A stretch of 64,000 nt of DNA from Bdellovibrionota bacterium FG-1 (GTDB taxonomy: Bacteria > Bdellovibrionota > UBA1018). Of this stretch, positions 10,554-19,683 are shown in pieces. The notes under the pieces are model-generated. The model saw only the letters and a list, made by a program, of their open reading frames with translations. It had not been told where the DNA came from and ran no database searches. Location: NCBI GenBank assembly GCA_051382295.1, contig JBBCAW010000033.1, positions 1 through 64,000 on the forward strand. The letters run 5' to 3'. Positions within the stretch are counted from its first letter, which is position 1. Every line of letters starts with the position of its first letter. The position numbers were made by a program, and so were the translations under genes.

Positions 10554-12458
10554 TTAGGTGATAGAAAACGGTGGCTCTTTCTCTCTGACCCCGCAGAGCC
10601 AGCTCATTTTATCTACGTCTGCCGGTGGCAGCCCAGTTGCCAAATAAATTTGCTTAAAGCCCATGCCAAAAATATCACGAGCCACCCATTCACCTTGAAC
10701 CTCGACGCCCTGTTTGTTCTTACCAAGGTAGGAGTCGATATAAATGGGCACCGTTCGGTCGAGGCTGTCGGCCTTGTCAAGAAATTCATCCACCGATCTA
10801 AATCCTTCGTACTTGCAGCCCGCTTTTTTGGCTGAAAATTTCCAACTGAGATGCACTATTTCGTCGTCATCAATCAGGATGGCATCCAGCCGCTCAGCTG
10901 GCACGGTCTTCTCGGTCGCGAGCACGCGGATGGGTACGAAGCCCGCCATACCCTTGGGGATGAGAGGCACTTGAAGACGCTCGCAGCGTACACGAATGGC
11001 GGGGTCCTCGAAACGACTCGTCACCAAAATGCTATTAGCGGCAATGCCCAACTCCTCGATAAGATCAAGCCCGGAATCAGCAAAACCCAGAAGCTCATAG
11101 TCAAATAAATAGCGCGATGAAGTAGTCTGCTTCGCGGCGTCCGCAATCCATCTTCTTAGCTCCGTGGGAGTAGACAAATGGACCAGCTTGATTCCCTGGT
11201 CACCCAATTGAGCCGAGTCGGCGCGACCGTCCCAAATTCGATGAATGCTCTCGTCGTCGTCCAGCACGACTAGTGTGGAATGAGGAATGAGCGTTAGCTC
11301 TGCTACAAACCAAGCGGGAGCCCTGACTTGCGGTAGGGTAATGACAATAGCCGTGCCGTGACCAACCTTTGACTGAAGTTCTAACTTACCGCCCCAGGAT
11401 TCCACTGAGGTTCGGGCATGATAGAGGCCAAGCCCGGAGCCACCCACCTTACCGTGTGTTTGACCTCGTTGTCCAAGTTTGGCTAAAATTTCAGATGGGA
11501 TACCCTTACCATTGTCCCTGACTTCAATCTGAATCTGCTTATCGCTGATTGCGCCCAGGCTGATAGTCACTTTACCCTTATCACCCAGGGCCTCGACGCT
11601 GTTGTTTACCAAGTTAGAAAGAACGCGCTTAAACTCATTGGGCTGAATACCGGCAAATAACCCATACGCTGATTCGAGGTGGGCTTCGATTTCGATGCCC
11701 ATCTTGGGGCGATACTGCATTCGTTTTTCGGTAATCAGTCCGTCCATGAGGCTGGGTATGAGCTGGGTACTCACATTTTCGACGGCGATGCCGGGTCCAT
11801 GCTGGGTTGATTGTTCAGCCTTGCCGTCCTCTCGGTTTTTATCAAGTAAGTGGTTAGCAATATCTCGAATACGGCTCACCGCACTTCGCACTAATATCCG
11901 AGTCTCTTCCGGCAAGGCACCAAACTCTTTCTCGGCCATGGTCAGTGCTGCAAGCGGAGAGCGAATGTCATGGGCTACTTGGGCCGCAAGATTGGCCATC
12001 TGAATTTTGGCGTTGAGCCTAGTCCGTTCGCTTAAACGGGTAGAAAACACCAAAGAGGCGATCAAGAATATTTGGAGGATCGCAAACGTAACAATGGCCA
12101 CATTGAGCTCGTGCGGAAGCCCCAACGTAAACTCGATGGAAATTTCGCTAGTTTTGTTTGAATCAACCGTTACGCGCTCCCTCGCCAAGCCTGCTGAGCA
12201 GGTGCCATTTCTCTTCTCAAAAAAAACATTTTCGCCTCGTTTGCCAATGATGCAAACAGACGAGACTGTATCGGTCAGTGCGTTGAGTCGGGTCGCTAGC
12301 GCATAGGTATCGCCGGTGCTTAGCTCCTGAAAATTTTCATGCTCAAAGTTGGCCGCAAACTGCACAGAATTGATCCTGAGATAATGACGAGTAAAAACCA
12401 GGCACCCAAGGATCGAAATAACCGCAAAAACAAACGGAATCAGGGTGATCTTTTTCAC
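10554..12458 (-). CDS. Membrane hybrid sensor histidine kinase with two C-terminal receiver-like domains
   Basis: Two TM segments flanking a short periplasmic domain; AAQVAHDIRSPL (H box), NLVNNS, DNGKG, GSGLGL; LVVLDDD...YLFD and ILIDDD...IYID receiver-like motifs; GTG at 12458 is the likely start (track start 12494). Confidence 0.88.
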   Translation of the reverse strand: MKKITLIPFVFAVISILGCLVFTRHYLRINSVQFAANFEHENFQELSTGDTYALATRLNALTDTVSSVCIIGKRGENVFFEKRNGTCSAGLARERVTVDSNKTSEISIEFTLGLPHELNVAIVTFAILQIFLIASLVFSTRLSERTRLNAKIQMANLAAQVAHDIRSPLAALTMAEKEFGALPEETRILVRSAVSRIRDIANHLLDKNREDGKAEQSTQHGPGIAVENVSTQLIPSLMDGLITEKRMQYRPKMGIEIEAHLESAYGLFAGIQPNEFKRVLSNLVNNSVEALGDKGKVTISLGAISDKQIQIEVRDNGKGIPSEILAKLGQRGQTHGKVGGSGLGLYHARTSVESWGGKLELQSKVGHGTAIVITLPQVRAPAWFVAELTLIPHSTLVVLDDDESIHRIWDGRADSAQLGDQGIKLVHLSTPTELRRWIADAAKQTTSSRYLFDYELLGFADSGLDLIEELGIAANSILVTSRFEDPAIRVRCERLQVPLIPKGMAGFVPIRVLATEKTVPAERLDAILIDDDEIVHLSWKFSAKKAGCKYEGFRSVDEFLDKADSLDRTVPIYIDSYLGKNKQGVEVQGEWVARDIFGMGFKQIYLATGLPPADVDKMSWLCGVREKEPPFSIT

Positions 12459-12489
12459 AGTGGCGTTTTTATAGTTCTTTAGTGTATTA

Positions 12490-12507
12490 GTCAAGAACAG
12501 TCTTGAC
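12490..12507. promoter_or_regulatory. Inverted repeat forming back-to-back -35-like TTGAC boxes between the divergent kinase and peptide genes
   Basis: GTCAAGA-acag-TCTTGAC; TTGACG on + (12503-12508) and TTGACT on - (12494-12489). Confidence 0.55.
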
Positions 12508-12538
12508 GAAGCATCCTACGCATGATAGCTAACGACCG

Positions 12539-12679
12539 ATGAAAAACGCTATTTGTTCAATTGTAGCTCTGTTTCTCATGACCCTCGGACTTCATGCATT
12601 CGCAGATCACTTTGCTAATAACGGAAGTGGCACCGAAATTAGGGTTCCTGGCGAGCGCCCGATTGGAAATATTGGTTAG
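12539..12679 (+). CDS. Small secreted peptide, 46 aa, not in the ORF track; putative signalling/RiPP precursor
   Basis: My translation: MKNAICSIVALFLMTLGLHAFA-DHFANNGSGTEIRVPGERPIGNIG*. Basic n-region, hydrophobic h-region, A-F-A signal peptidase I site; sits just downstream of a promoter-like element. Confidence 0.75.
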   Translation: MKNAICSIVALFLMTLGLHAFADHFANNGSGTEIRVPGERPIGNIG

Positions 12680-12762
12680 ATTTTGTGTCGAATTGCCCCT
12701 TAAAATGGCGGCACTCATTGTCTCCTATTCATGCCCTAGTTTGACATCGGGAGGGTTGCTTC

Positions 12763-14277
12763 TTGTTGAGACGCTCTATCGTGTGGATTTTAGCTTTGTT
12801 TGCTCCCTGGGTTTCCGCCTGTTGGAATGAAAAAATGGATAATTTATCAGGTAAAGATTCGAAGATAACCCAGGTCTGGATGCCAGGTCGCCCCACTTCC
12901 GTGGACCCGCTTGATTGCGATTCCTTTGTGCATCACATTGCTTTTCGCTCAGTGCTTGGAACTTTGGTGACTACCTATCGGCTAGGGGGCTTTACCGGGG
13001 TCATTGCCGATGGTTGGCAGGTTTCCGAAGACCAAACGCAATGGCAATTTAGTATTTCCAAGGAAGCTAAGTTTGAAACCGGCGCCCCAATCACTCCGCT
13101 GGATGTGATTAGGTCGTGGAAAAGGGTAGCATTCTTATTGAAGAAGAAAAAATCGCATTCTGATTTTCTAGATTCGATTGTGGGAATGGATAGTCTTTCT
13201 GCGATAGATAGTCCCGTAAGTGGTCTTGAAGTTTCTGGCACCAAGATATTGGTTCGGCTTCGCCATCCTTACAAAAAAATACTCGAAACACTCTCTTTTG
13301 GACTTTATTCGGTGGTCAGTCCCTCAGACTTCAACCCAGTCAGTGGCCAATGGGTAGACCTCAAGAAAGCGGTGTCCTCGAACGCCTACAAAATTAGGAA
13401 CTGGAGTGATCAGGAAATAAATCTAGAACTGCGCAATGACAGAGTTGAACCGAGATGGCATTCACGACCTATCCAGAAATTGAGGCTCGTCTGGGATGAA
13501 TCTAAGCAGCTGGAATCTCAACTGGTCATTGGTGATTCAAATGATGCGTCTTTGTCGAAGAAATTCACATTCTTTGGGGCCATGCCTTCTGGCATCGCCT
13601 TTGGGCGTTGCTTCTCATGGAAAAAACAGGGCAGCGTTTGCAATAGCCCGGAGAACCGAAGATCAATTCGAGATTTGATTTATGAGGCGTTAAGCGCAGG
13701 AGGCATTCGTCCTGTAAAATCATTTTTCCCGCTTGGCATGCAAGGGGTCCATGAAGTTGCTGATACGGACACTTCTTCCGCGATAAAGTCGTTAAAGGGA
13801 ATAAGCCAACTGAGGGTTTTTTACCGACGTAAGATCGGAAATGGAATTTTCGAGGCCATACGGTCAAATATTTCAACAACGGCTAATGCCCGCAGAATTC
13901 AAATGAACGAAATTGATTTCTCCTATGACGTCCTTCAGCAGCAATTAAGCCCAGAATTAGATCAGTTTGCTGCGGATGTTGGAATTATGCTATCAGACAT
14001 AGAAGTCAAAGACCCCAATGCTGACATTCGGTTCATGTTTTTGAGCAAAGAAGGTATCCGTCTCCCAGACGTCACTGGTGATATTCACCGTGAACTCGAA
14101 AAGCCGGATTTCTCGGCCCAACGTATTAATCAGTTACTCTGGGATCAGGCTGTCATTTTCCCCTTGGGGCACTTTTCTTTTGGGGTGTGGGCATCTGACC
14201 GCTACGATCTGAGTTTGCTCAACACGGTGGAGCCGCCAATAGAATTTCAGTGGATTGGCTGGAAGTCTGCGCAATGA
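12763..14277 (+). CDS. Family-5 (oligopeptide/OppA-like) substrate-binding lipoprotein with no adjacent permease or ATPase
   Basis: Lipobox-like VSAC; PTSVDP, IADGWQVSEDQTQWQF, AKFETGAPITPLDVIRSW N-terminal SBP5-type signature; GGAGGG RBS upstream. Confidence 0.8.
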   Translation: MLRRSIVWILALFAPWVSACWNEKMDNLSGKDSKITQVWMPGRPTSVDPLDCDSFVHHIAFRSVLGTLVTTYRLGGFTGVIADGWQVSEDQTQWQFSISKEAKFETGAPITPLDVIRSWKRVAFLLKKKKSHSDFLDSIVGMDSLSAIDSPVSGLEVSGTKILVRLRHPYKKILETLSFGLYSVVSPSDFNPVSGQWVDLKKAVSSNAYKIRNWSDQEINLELRNDRVEPRWHSRPIQKLRLVWDESKQLESQLVIGDSNDASLSKKFTFFGAMPSGIAFGRCFSWKKQGSVCNSPENRRSIRDLIYEALSAGGIRPVKSFFPLGMQGVHEVADTDTSSAIKSLKGISQLRVFYRRKIGNGIFEAIRSNISTTANARRIQMNEIDFSYDVLQQQLSPELDQFAADVGIMLSDIEVKDPNADIRFMFLSKEGIRLPDVTGDIHRELEKPDFSAQRINQLLWDQAVIFPLGHFSFGVWASDRYDLSLLNTVEPPIEFQWIGWKSAQ

Positions 14278-15206
14278 ATCTGGCTCCCTGGAAATATCGC
14301 AACATCCGAAGCGACCAGGGTGGGCCGATTGAAAAACTTTTAGTTCAACCCGTTGTGCTCTCTTCCAGAATGCCCGCTTTTGAAGCCTTGGCAAAACTAG
14401 ATGTCCGATTATTGCCAGATCGAGAGCGGGTAGGCAAAGAGCCTGTATCTATCTATGGCCATTTTGAAGGTGCGGGCACTTCAAAGTATCGAAGTATTGC
14501 TTGTTATAAAGCTATATCCGAGGCCTTGGAAAGATGGGCACTTAAGAGTTTGAGGGGCCAGGAATCTGGAAATGCCTATGGCTTTGACATTGATCCTTAT
14601 TCAAATGGAATGGCTGCCTTTCCGGGCCTGACCAGGGCAAATGCTCGGCACATTGCCTTTCGCGAGGGAATCGAGAGGTGGTCGATTATTGCATGGTGGA
14701 ATGGAGAAATCGGCGCCCGAGAGGTTCAGCTTCCGATCCCCGACGTTCAGGTCTTTCACCTTCAAACCGTTGTACCGAATGTTGAGACAGTGGTGCTGTT
14801 CGCTCATTCCCCGGCCCATCGCGCTGGCTGTTACGCTTTTGGGGGTGGGGCCACATTTAGCGCTGCCGTCGAAAAGGCTTTGGTAGAGTTGGAACGAAAT
14901 CAGCGTGCGCTAGATCACTATTACGGTAAAACAGGGCTAACGCCCGATAATGCCTGGCATGCAATAGATGAACTTTCAGATATTTTTGAACGGCGGTTAC
15001 TCTATTTTTCAAGCAAGCGTGGTATCGTGGATTTTTTTGATAAAGTGCAGCGAGATGCCAACCGAGTGAGCCCAGGCTTGCCTCGGCTCATTGTCGATTC
15101 TGAAATTCTGGGGCCTTGGTCACGGTATGCGACTATTTGGCGATGTCTTTTTCAATTTCCCTCTAGAGAGTATCTCACCAATCGAGAGGATTACTTTTTC
15201 TTCTAA
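14274..15206 (+). CDS. Stand-alone YcaO-like ATP-dependent peptide backbone-modifying enzyme
   Basis: GAGTS...KAISEALERWA, SNGMAA, REGIER, KALVELER match YcaO ATP/Mg-binding motifs; ATGA overlap with the SBP stop at 14274-14277. Confidence 0.8.
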   Translation: MNLAPWKYRNIRSDQGGPIEKLLVQPVVLSSRMPAFEALAKLDVRLLPDRERVGKEPVSIYGHFEGAGTSKYRSIACYKAISEALERWALKSLRGQESGNAYGFDIDPYSNGMAAFPGLTRANARHIAFREGIERWSIIAWWNGEIGAREVQLPIPDVQVFHLQTVVPNVETVVLFAHSPAHRAGCYAFGGGATFSAAVEKALVELERNQRALDHYYGKTGLTPDNAWHAIDELSDIFERRLLYFSSKRGIVDFFDKVQRDANRVSPGLPRLIVDSEILGPWSRYATIWRCLFQFPSREYLTNREDYFFF

Positions 15207-15209
15207 CAC

Positions 15210-17588
15210 TCACTTCGAGTGCATCTCCCAGCTTCCATCCCAGTCCTTCTCTGGAGGCGCGGCTTTAAAATCGCGGCATCGCTCAAGGTACATGGCGCAA
15301 GGCCCATCCGGAACTTCCGCAGAAACCGCAAGAAGCACATTCGCCTGCATAAATTTCTCGGTGGCGGTATCCCATTGTTGCTCAGTATAAAGCTTACGCC
15401 CCTCTTGAAAAAGAGCCAGCCCTTCATCTGAATACGGGCGATCCAAGACTTGGATCAACTCCACGGCCTTTTTCTTGCCTTTGACTTTGACATGATCCAA
15501 AACCCGATGGTCTGGAAGTTTGTCACCCGCCTTTTCGATCTCATCAAAGGTAAAGCGCGTGGTCAAAATAGTCACTGTATAGGCCTTTGTCAGACCTTCA
15601 AGTCGTGAAGACAGATTGACGTGGTCCCCAATGACGGTATAAGCAAAGTTGTCGGTCGAACCCATATTGCCAACATTCACCGGCCCGGAGTTAATCCCCA
15701 CCCCCACGTTGACGTCCACATTGAACTGCTCGAACCAGCGTTTCTTATTTTGCGCGAGCGCCTGCATCATCGCCACGGCCGCTTTGCACGAATTGAGCGC
15801 ATGCTTGGGCTGATCAAGCGGTGCGCCCCAAAAAGCCATGATCGCATCCCCAATGTATTTATCCAAAGTACCGTTGTTCGCAAAAACGATCTTGGTCATA
15901 ATTCCCAAATAGTCATTCAAAAACTGGGCAAGCACCTTGGCATCCAAACGCTCTGAAAAAGTCGTAAAACTTCGAATATCGGAGAACATGATCGTAAGAT
16001 CCCGCTTTTCGCCTCCGACCGTCAGCTTGGCGGGGTCCTTCAAAATCGAATCCACCACGGCCGGCGCGACGTACTTGGCAAAGGCCGAACGAACGAACTT
16101 CTTATTGCGCTCTTCTAAAACGTATTTGACTGCCAGGGTAAAAAGAAAAATACAAAAATACTCGAGATAGAAAAAGGAACTATTCAGCGAGATTCCATGC
16201 ACAAAGGCCTTATAGTCGGCGTAGCCCGCGCCCGAAAACACCGCCACGAATAACAACAACGCCGGAATAGCTTCGAATCTTTGAACCGCAAAGCCAAAAA
16301 GCATCGCGCCGATAACCATCAGACCTAAGATAAAAACTGATCCTTTGCTCCGATACCCCGGAGTCAACATGTCGGCGGACAGAAGATTGTCCAAAATATT
16401 GGCGTGCCCCTCGACCCCAGCCACATTCGAATCCATCGGAAAGGCTCGCATGTCATTGGTCCCCAAAGCCGTCACGCCCACTAAGACGTAAGCATCTTTG
16501 AGCACGTCTTTTTTGGAGATACCAGCGAGCTTGCGATTGGCCTGATCTTCGAGCTGTTCGGTTTGATCATTCATCATTTCCGCAGCTGAAACATACGGAA
16601 AGGTCTGCCCTCCCCCTCGAAAGTTAATCTCAATGGAGCCCATCGCGGTAATGGGCAAATCGCGTCCGGATTTAGCAAACGAGAGATGCCGCACTCTTTC
16701 TTGCGGATCCAGCTCCAGAACAATTTTTTCATCTAACCCGATACGAGCCATTTCAAGAGGCAAAGCCGGATAAATTTTTCCGTTATAAAGCATCACGACC
16801 TGCGCCCGACGAATGACCTGATCTTGATCCGGAAACGCGTTAAAATAACCCGAGTGAGTAGCCACCGAACTATATTCTTCAATGTTAGACAGAAAAGTTA
16901 AAGCCGTCCAAATCGGAGTTTTCCACCCCGAAAAGCCGTCCGGAAGAATAGCCTCGGGCAGCGCAAATTTATCAAAACCCGCCGGAAAATTGCTCGCCAC
17001 CTCAGGCCCCACCGGCGGCACGGGACAAACCTCGGGATCAAAATCCGCGACCTTGTTCACATACCCTCGAAAAGCTTGATTGGGATGGCACATGGCTTCG
17101 CTGGCAATGCCCATCACCAAATGGTCGGCGTGCTTGAAAACAACACTCGTCAAAGCATGATCTGTTTCAAACTGATCAGTCTGTTGAGCCAAGATTCCGC
17201 GAGTTTCTAGAAAATTTTTGAGATCAGCCGGCACGCGCGGATCTTGCTCCGAAAACACGATATCGAGACCCACGACTTTTGCGCCCGCCGCAAAGATATT
17301 ATCGATCAAATGCGCGATGTGATTGCGATGCCAAGGCCAGCGTCCAAACTGCTCAATGGCGGGACTATCGACTTCGACGACGACGACCTTATTTTTAGGC
17401 GCCGTTGGGCCGCGCACTCTAAATTTGGCATCCGAAAACAGCGTCGAAACCCGTTGCAAAGCAGGATAGACTTTCTGATCCAAAAAATGGTTATTCAGTT
17501 CGCCCTGCAGTCCTTGTTCAGTCACCCAATAGAAAAAGGTAAAAACCAACACAAAAGGAATCTGAAAGAGCCAAAGTTTGTTTTTCAT
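15210..17588 (-). CDS. CHASE2-domain adenylate/guanylate cyclase
   Basis: GRWPWHR, VVGLDIVFSE, GVEGHAN (CHASE2); three TMs; FSDIRSFT, DKYIGDAIMAFW, YTVIGDHVNLSSRLE (cyclase). Confidence 0.93.
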   Translation of the reverse strand: MKNKLWLFQIPFVLVFTFFYWVTEQGLQGELNNHFLDQKVYPALQRVSTLFSDAKFRVRGPTAPKNKVVVVEVDSPAIEQFGRWPWHRNHIAHLIDNIFAAGAKVVGLDIVFSEQDPRVPADLKNFLETRGILAQQTDQFETDHALTSVVFKHADHLVMGIASEAMCHPNQAFRGYVNKVADFDPEVCPVPPVGPEVASNFPAGFDKFALPEAILPDGFSGWKTPIWTALTFLSNIEEYSSVATHSGYFNAFPDQDQVIRRAQVVMLYNGKIYPALPLEMARIGLDEKIVLELDPQERVRHLSFAKSGRDLPITAMGSIEINFRGGGQTFPYVSAAEMMNDQTEQLEDQANRKLAGISKKDVLKDAYVLVGVTALGTNDMRAFPMDSNVAGVEGHANILDNLLSADMLTPGYRSKGSVFILGLMVIGAMLFGFAVQRFEAIPALLLFVAVFSGAGYADYKAFVHGISLNSSFFYLEYFCIFLFTLAVKYVLEERNKKFVRSAFAKYVAPAVVDSILKDPAKLTVGGEKRDLTIMFSDIRSFTTFSERLDAKVLAQFLNDYLGIMTKIVFANNGTLDKYIGDAIMAFWGAPLDQPKHALNSCKAAVAMMQALAQNKKRWFEQFNVDVNVGVGINSGPVNVGNMGSTDNFAYTVIGDHVNLSSRLEGLTKAYTVTILTTRFTFDEIEKAGDKLPDHRVLDHVKVKGKKKAVELIQVLDRPYSDEGLALFQEGRKLYTEQQWDTATEKFMQANVLLAVSAEVPDGPCAMYLERCRDFKAAPPEKDWDGSWEMHSK

Positions 17589-17668
17589 GGACGTTCCGCC
17601 TCAACCACTTTTCGGAAACCATTCAGAAAAACTAAACCCCAAAGGGCCACTTATGATACCCAGTCCCT

Positions 17669-18343
17669 GTGAATGACACCCAAACCCCAGTACCCGTGTT
17701 GATTCGTCGGAACCGCCCTGAGTCGCCCTGGACCTACGATTTACTCCAGGCCGAGCAACAAAAACTTGCCGCTGAAATTCGAGATCATGATGCCCCCGGA
17801 GCGCTGCTCCTCAACGAACTCGCGCCGGTGATTACCTTTGGAAAACGCGCCACCACGCAAGAGCTGAAAATGCCTGTGGAATTTTTGAATCAGGCAGGCA
17901 TTGAAGTGCTCGCCACGGATCGCGGGGGCCTTGCCACTTATCACGGACCAGGCCAATGGGTTTTGTTTGCGGTGGATCGCCTGGACCGCCTCACAGGCGA
18001 CCCACGAGGAGTCCGCAAAGCCGTGGAAGCTTTACTAAATATTGCGCTCGAGGTGGGTCGTCCTTACGCCCCGAGCGCCGAAATCCGAGAGGGTGCCGAG
18101 ATGGGCGTTTGGACCTCGCAAGGGAAGTTTGCCTCGGTGGGAGTCCATATTGAACAGGGGGTCCTCCTCCACGGACTTTCAGTGAATGGATTCAAAACAC
18201 CGACGAGTTTCATGGGGTTACGTCCTTGTGGCCTGGATGCGCCGGTGGATTTTTTGCTTCCGAATCCCAGCGATGCCGAATTCGAAAAATTGGGCCAACA
18301 GTTAGTGACCGCGGCGTTTAGGCATTTTTACCGAAGTGGTTGA
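17669..18343 (+). CDS. lipB: Octanoyltransferase (lipoate-protein ligase B)
   Basis: PVITFGK, TDRGGLATYHGPGQ, KFASVGV, LHGLSVN, RPCGL. Confidence 0.9.
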   Translation: MNDTQTPVPVLIRRNRPESPWTYDLLQAEQQKLAAEIRDHDAPGALLLNELAPVITFGKRATTQELKMPVEFLNQAGIEVLATDRGGLATYHGPGQWVLFAVDRLDRLTGDPRGVRKAVEALLNIALEVGRPYAPSAEIREGAEMGVWTSQGKFASVGVHIEQGVLLHGLSVNGFKTPTSFMGLRPCGLDAPVDFLLPNPSDAEFEKLGQQLVTAAFRHFYRSG

Positions 18344-18398
18344 CTCAACACTAGGGTTGAGGCTATACAAAAATTCACTTTCCGAAGTCACTTTTCGT

Positions 18399-18472
<74 letters not shown>

Positions 18473-18473
<1 letters not shown>

Positions 18474-18501
18474 ACCAAAAGGTGCTCCGCACCTTTTGGT
18501 T
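18473..18501. repeat. Palindrome (terminator- or REP-like), copy 1
   Basis: AACCAAAAGGTGC-tcc-GCACCTTTTGGTT; an inverted copy lies at 53103-53127. Confidence 0.75.
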
Positions 18502-18731
18502 AAGTCTTGCGTCAAATCAGCGTTTATGTGCTTCATTTCCACTCCTCAAAGGGATGCCCTCATAAAAGCGCAGGAAGTCGCCCGCAGGGATGTGGCCGCT
18601 GCTGTCTCCTGAGACGCCTAAATCGTTACTGGCGTTTATTTAAACGAGCGATATATACCTTATTTTTGAAAACATACGTAAAACCGCAAGTCCACGGCCA
18701 CAACAACCCCATGCCGAAAAGTGGAAGGTGC

Positions 18732-19259
18732 TTAATCTAAGATTGAGACCAATCGGCAGCTTTTCGTGCTTTCAGCAGAGGAGCTCCCATCCAAACCGCC
18801 ATCGGCAAATTCCGTGACCGTTGCAAGGAATCCGGGCCCGAGACACTTCGGTGGCACGGAGCGGGAATCTACCATGTAACAAGACTGATAGCTGAACGTC
18901 ATTAAGAAGTCCGTATCGTCTGCATTGTCGCCGACCATCACAAGGTTTGGAATTCTAAATTTTGAGGCTGCGCCCATCTCAAAATGATCCAAATTCTGAA
19001 CGCGCCCTTGACCTAACTTTTCGAAAGATTTCAAGATCATCCAGTTATCTTCGCCAAGATAACCACCGGTCAGGTTCTTCACCGTAGCCGATTTCTTGGA
19101 AAGATCGAATGTAAACTGAACCGAACCATAGGTAGCAGGAGCAAAATCACAAATAACGCTCATCTTTTTTCCAGAGCGCAAACCGAGATTCAAATCGTCG
19201 GCCATGGCTCCACCGGAAATCAAAGCGGTCAAACAAAGCACCAAAATATAATTGTTCAT
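18732..19259 (-). CDS. Hypothetical secreted protein
   Basis: Signal peptide MNNYILVLCLTALISGGAMA; GAGGGA RBS upstream; no recognisable domain. Confidence 0.75.
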   Translation of the reverse strand: MNNYILVLCLTALISGGAMADDLNLGLRSGKKMSVICDFAPATYGSVQFTFDLSKKSATVKNLTGGYLGEDNWMILKSFEKLGQGRVQNLDHFEMGAASKFRIPNLVMVGDNADDTDFLMTFSYQSCYMVDSRSVPPKCLGPGFLATVTEFADGGLDGSSSAESTKSCRLVSILD

Positions 19260-19340
19260 TCATCCCTCTTGCTTGAAGGACACCCTATACCTAACGACTG
19301 GATGCGTCAATAATATTATGAATCTGTGGCCTTAAACGAA

Positions 19341-19450
19341 CTAGCACTCAATCTCTTTTTCCTGATCGATCAGATGATTCTCAAAAGCCGCCACACTATT
19401 CTTGAGATCCAATCCACGCTCACCTATTTCAAGCCTGGGCAGGTCCCGCC
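19341..19450 (-). pseudogene. Possible remnant of the C-terminus of a sigma54-activator/Fis-family regulator
   Basis: LPRLEIGERGLDLKNSVAAFENHLIDQ resembles the pre-HTH helix of NtrC-family proteins, but it stops before any HTH. Confidence 0.3.
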
Positions 19451-19683
19451 CATTGAGTTGAAGGTGATGAAGACCGCGAGCGGCACTGAAACAAAATAAC
19501 CCGCGATCAAAAGAGCGTGTCAATAAACTGACAAAACTCAAGACTTTATGCGAAACCCCGAAAAGTAAGACGTGAACATTCGGTCTCACTTGATCTTTGG
19601 AATACTATGCCTTTTCTTGGATAGTGCTGCGCACGCTAGCGATCCGAACAGCAACTCAATGATTCACCAAAAAAAGGAATCTC

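Noticed and set aside
10185..10835. 216-aa + strand ORF
   Set aside because: Overlaps the RAYT end and the kinase on the opposite strand, with a weak start; at most part of a gene remnant
12594..12830. 78-aa track ORF as the precursor peptide
   Set aside because: Overlaps both the better 46-aa signal-peptide ORF and the SBP start in other frames; no precursor-like features
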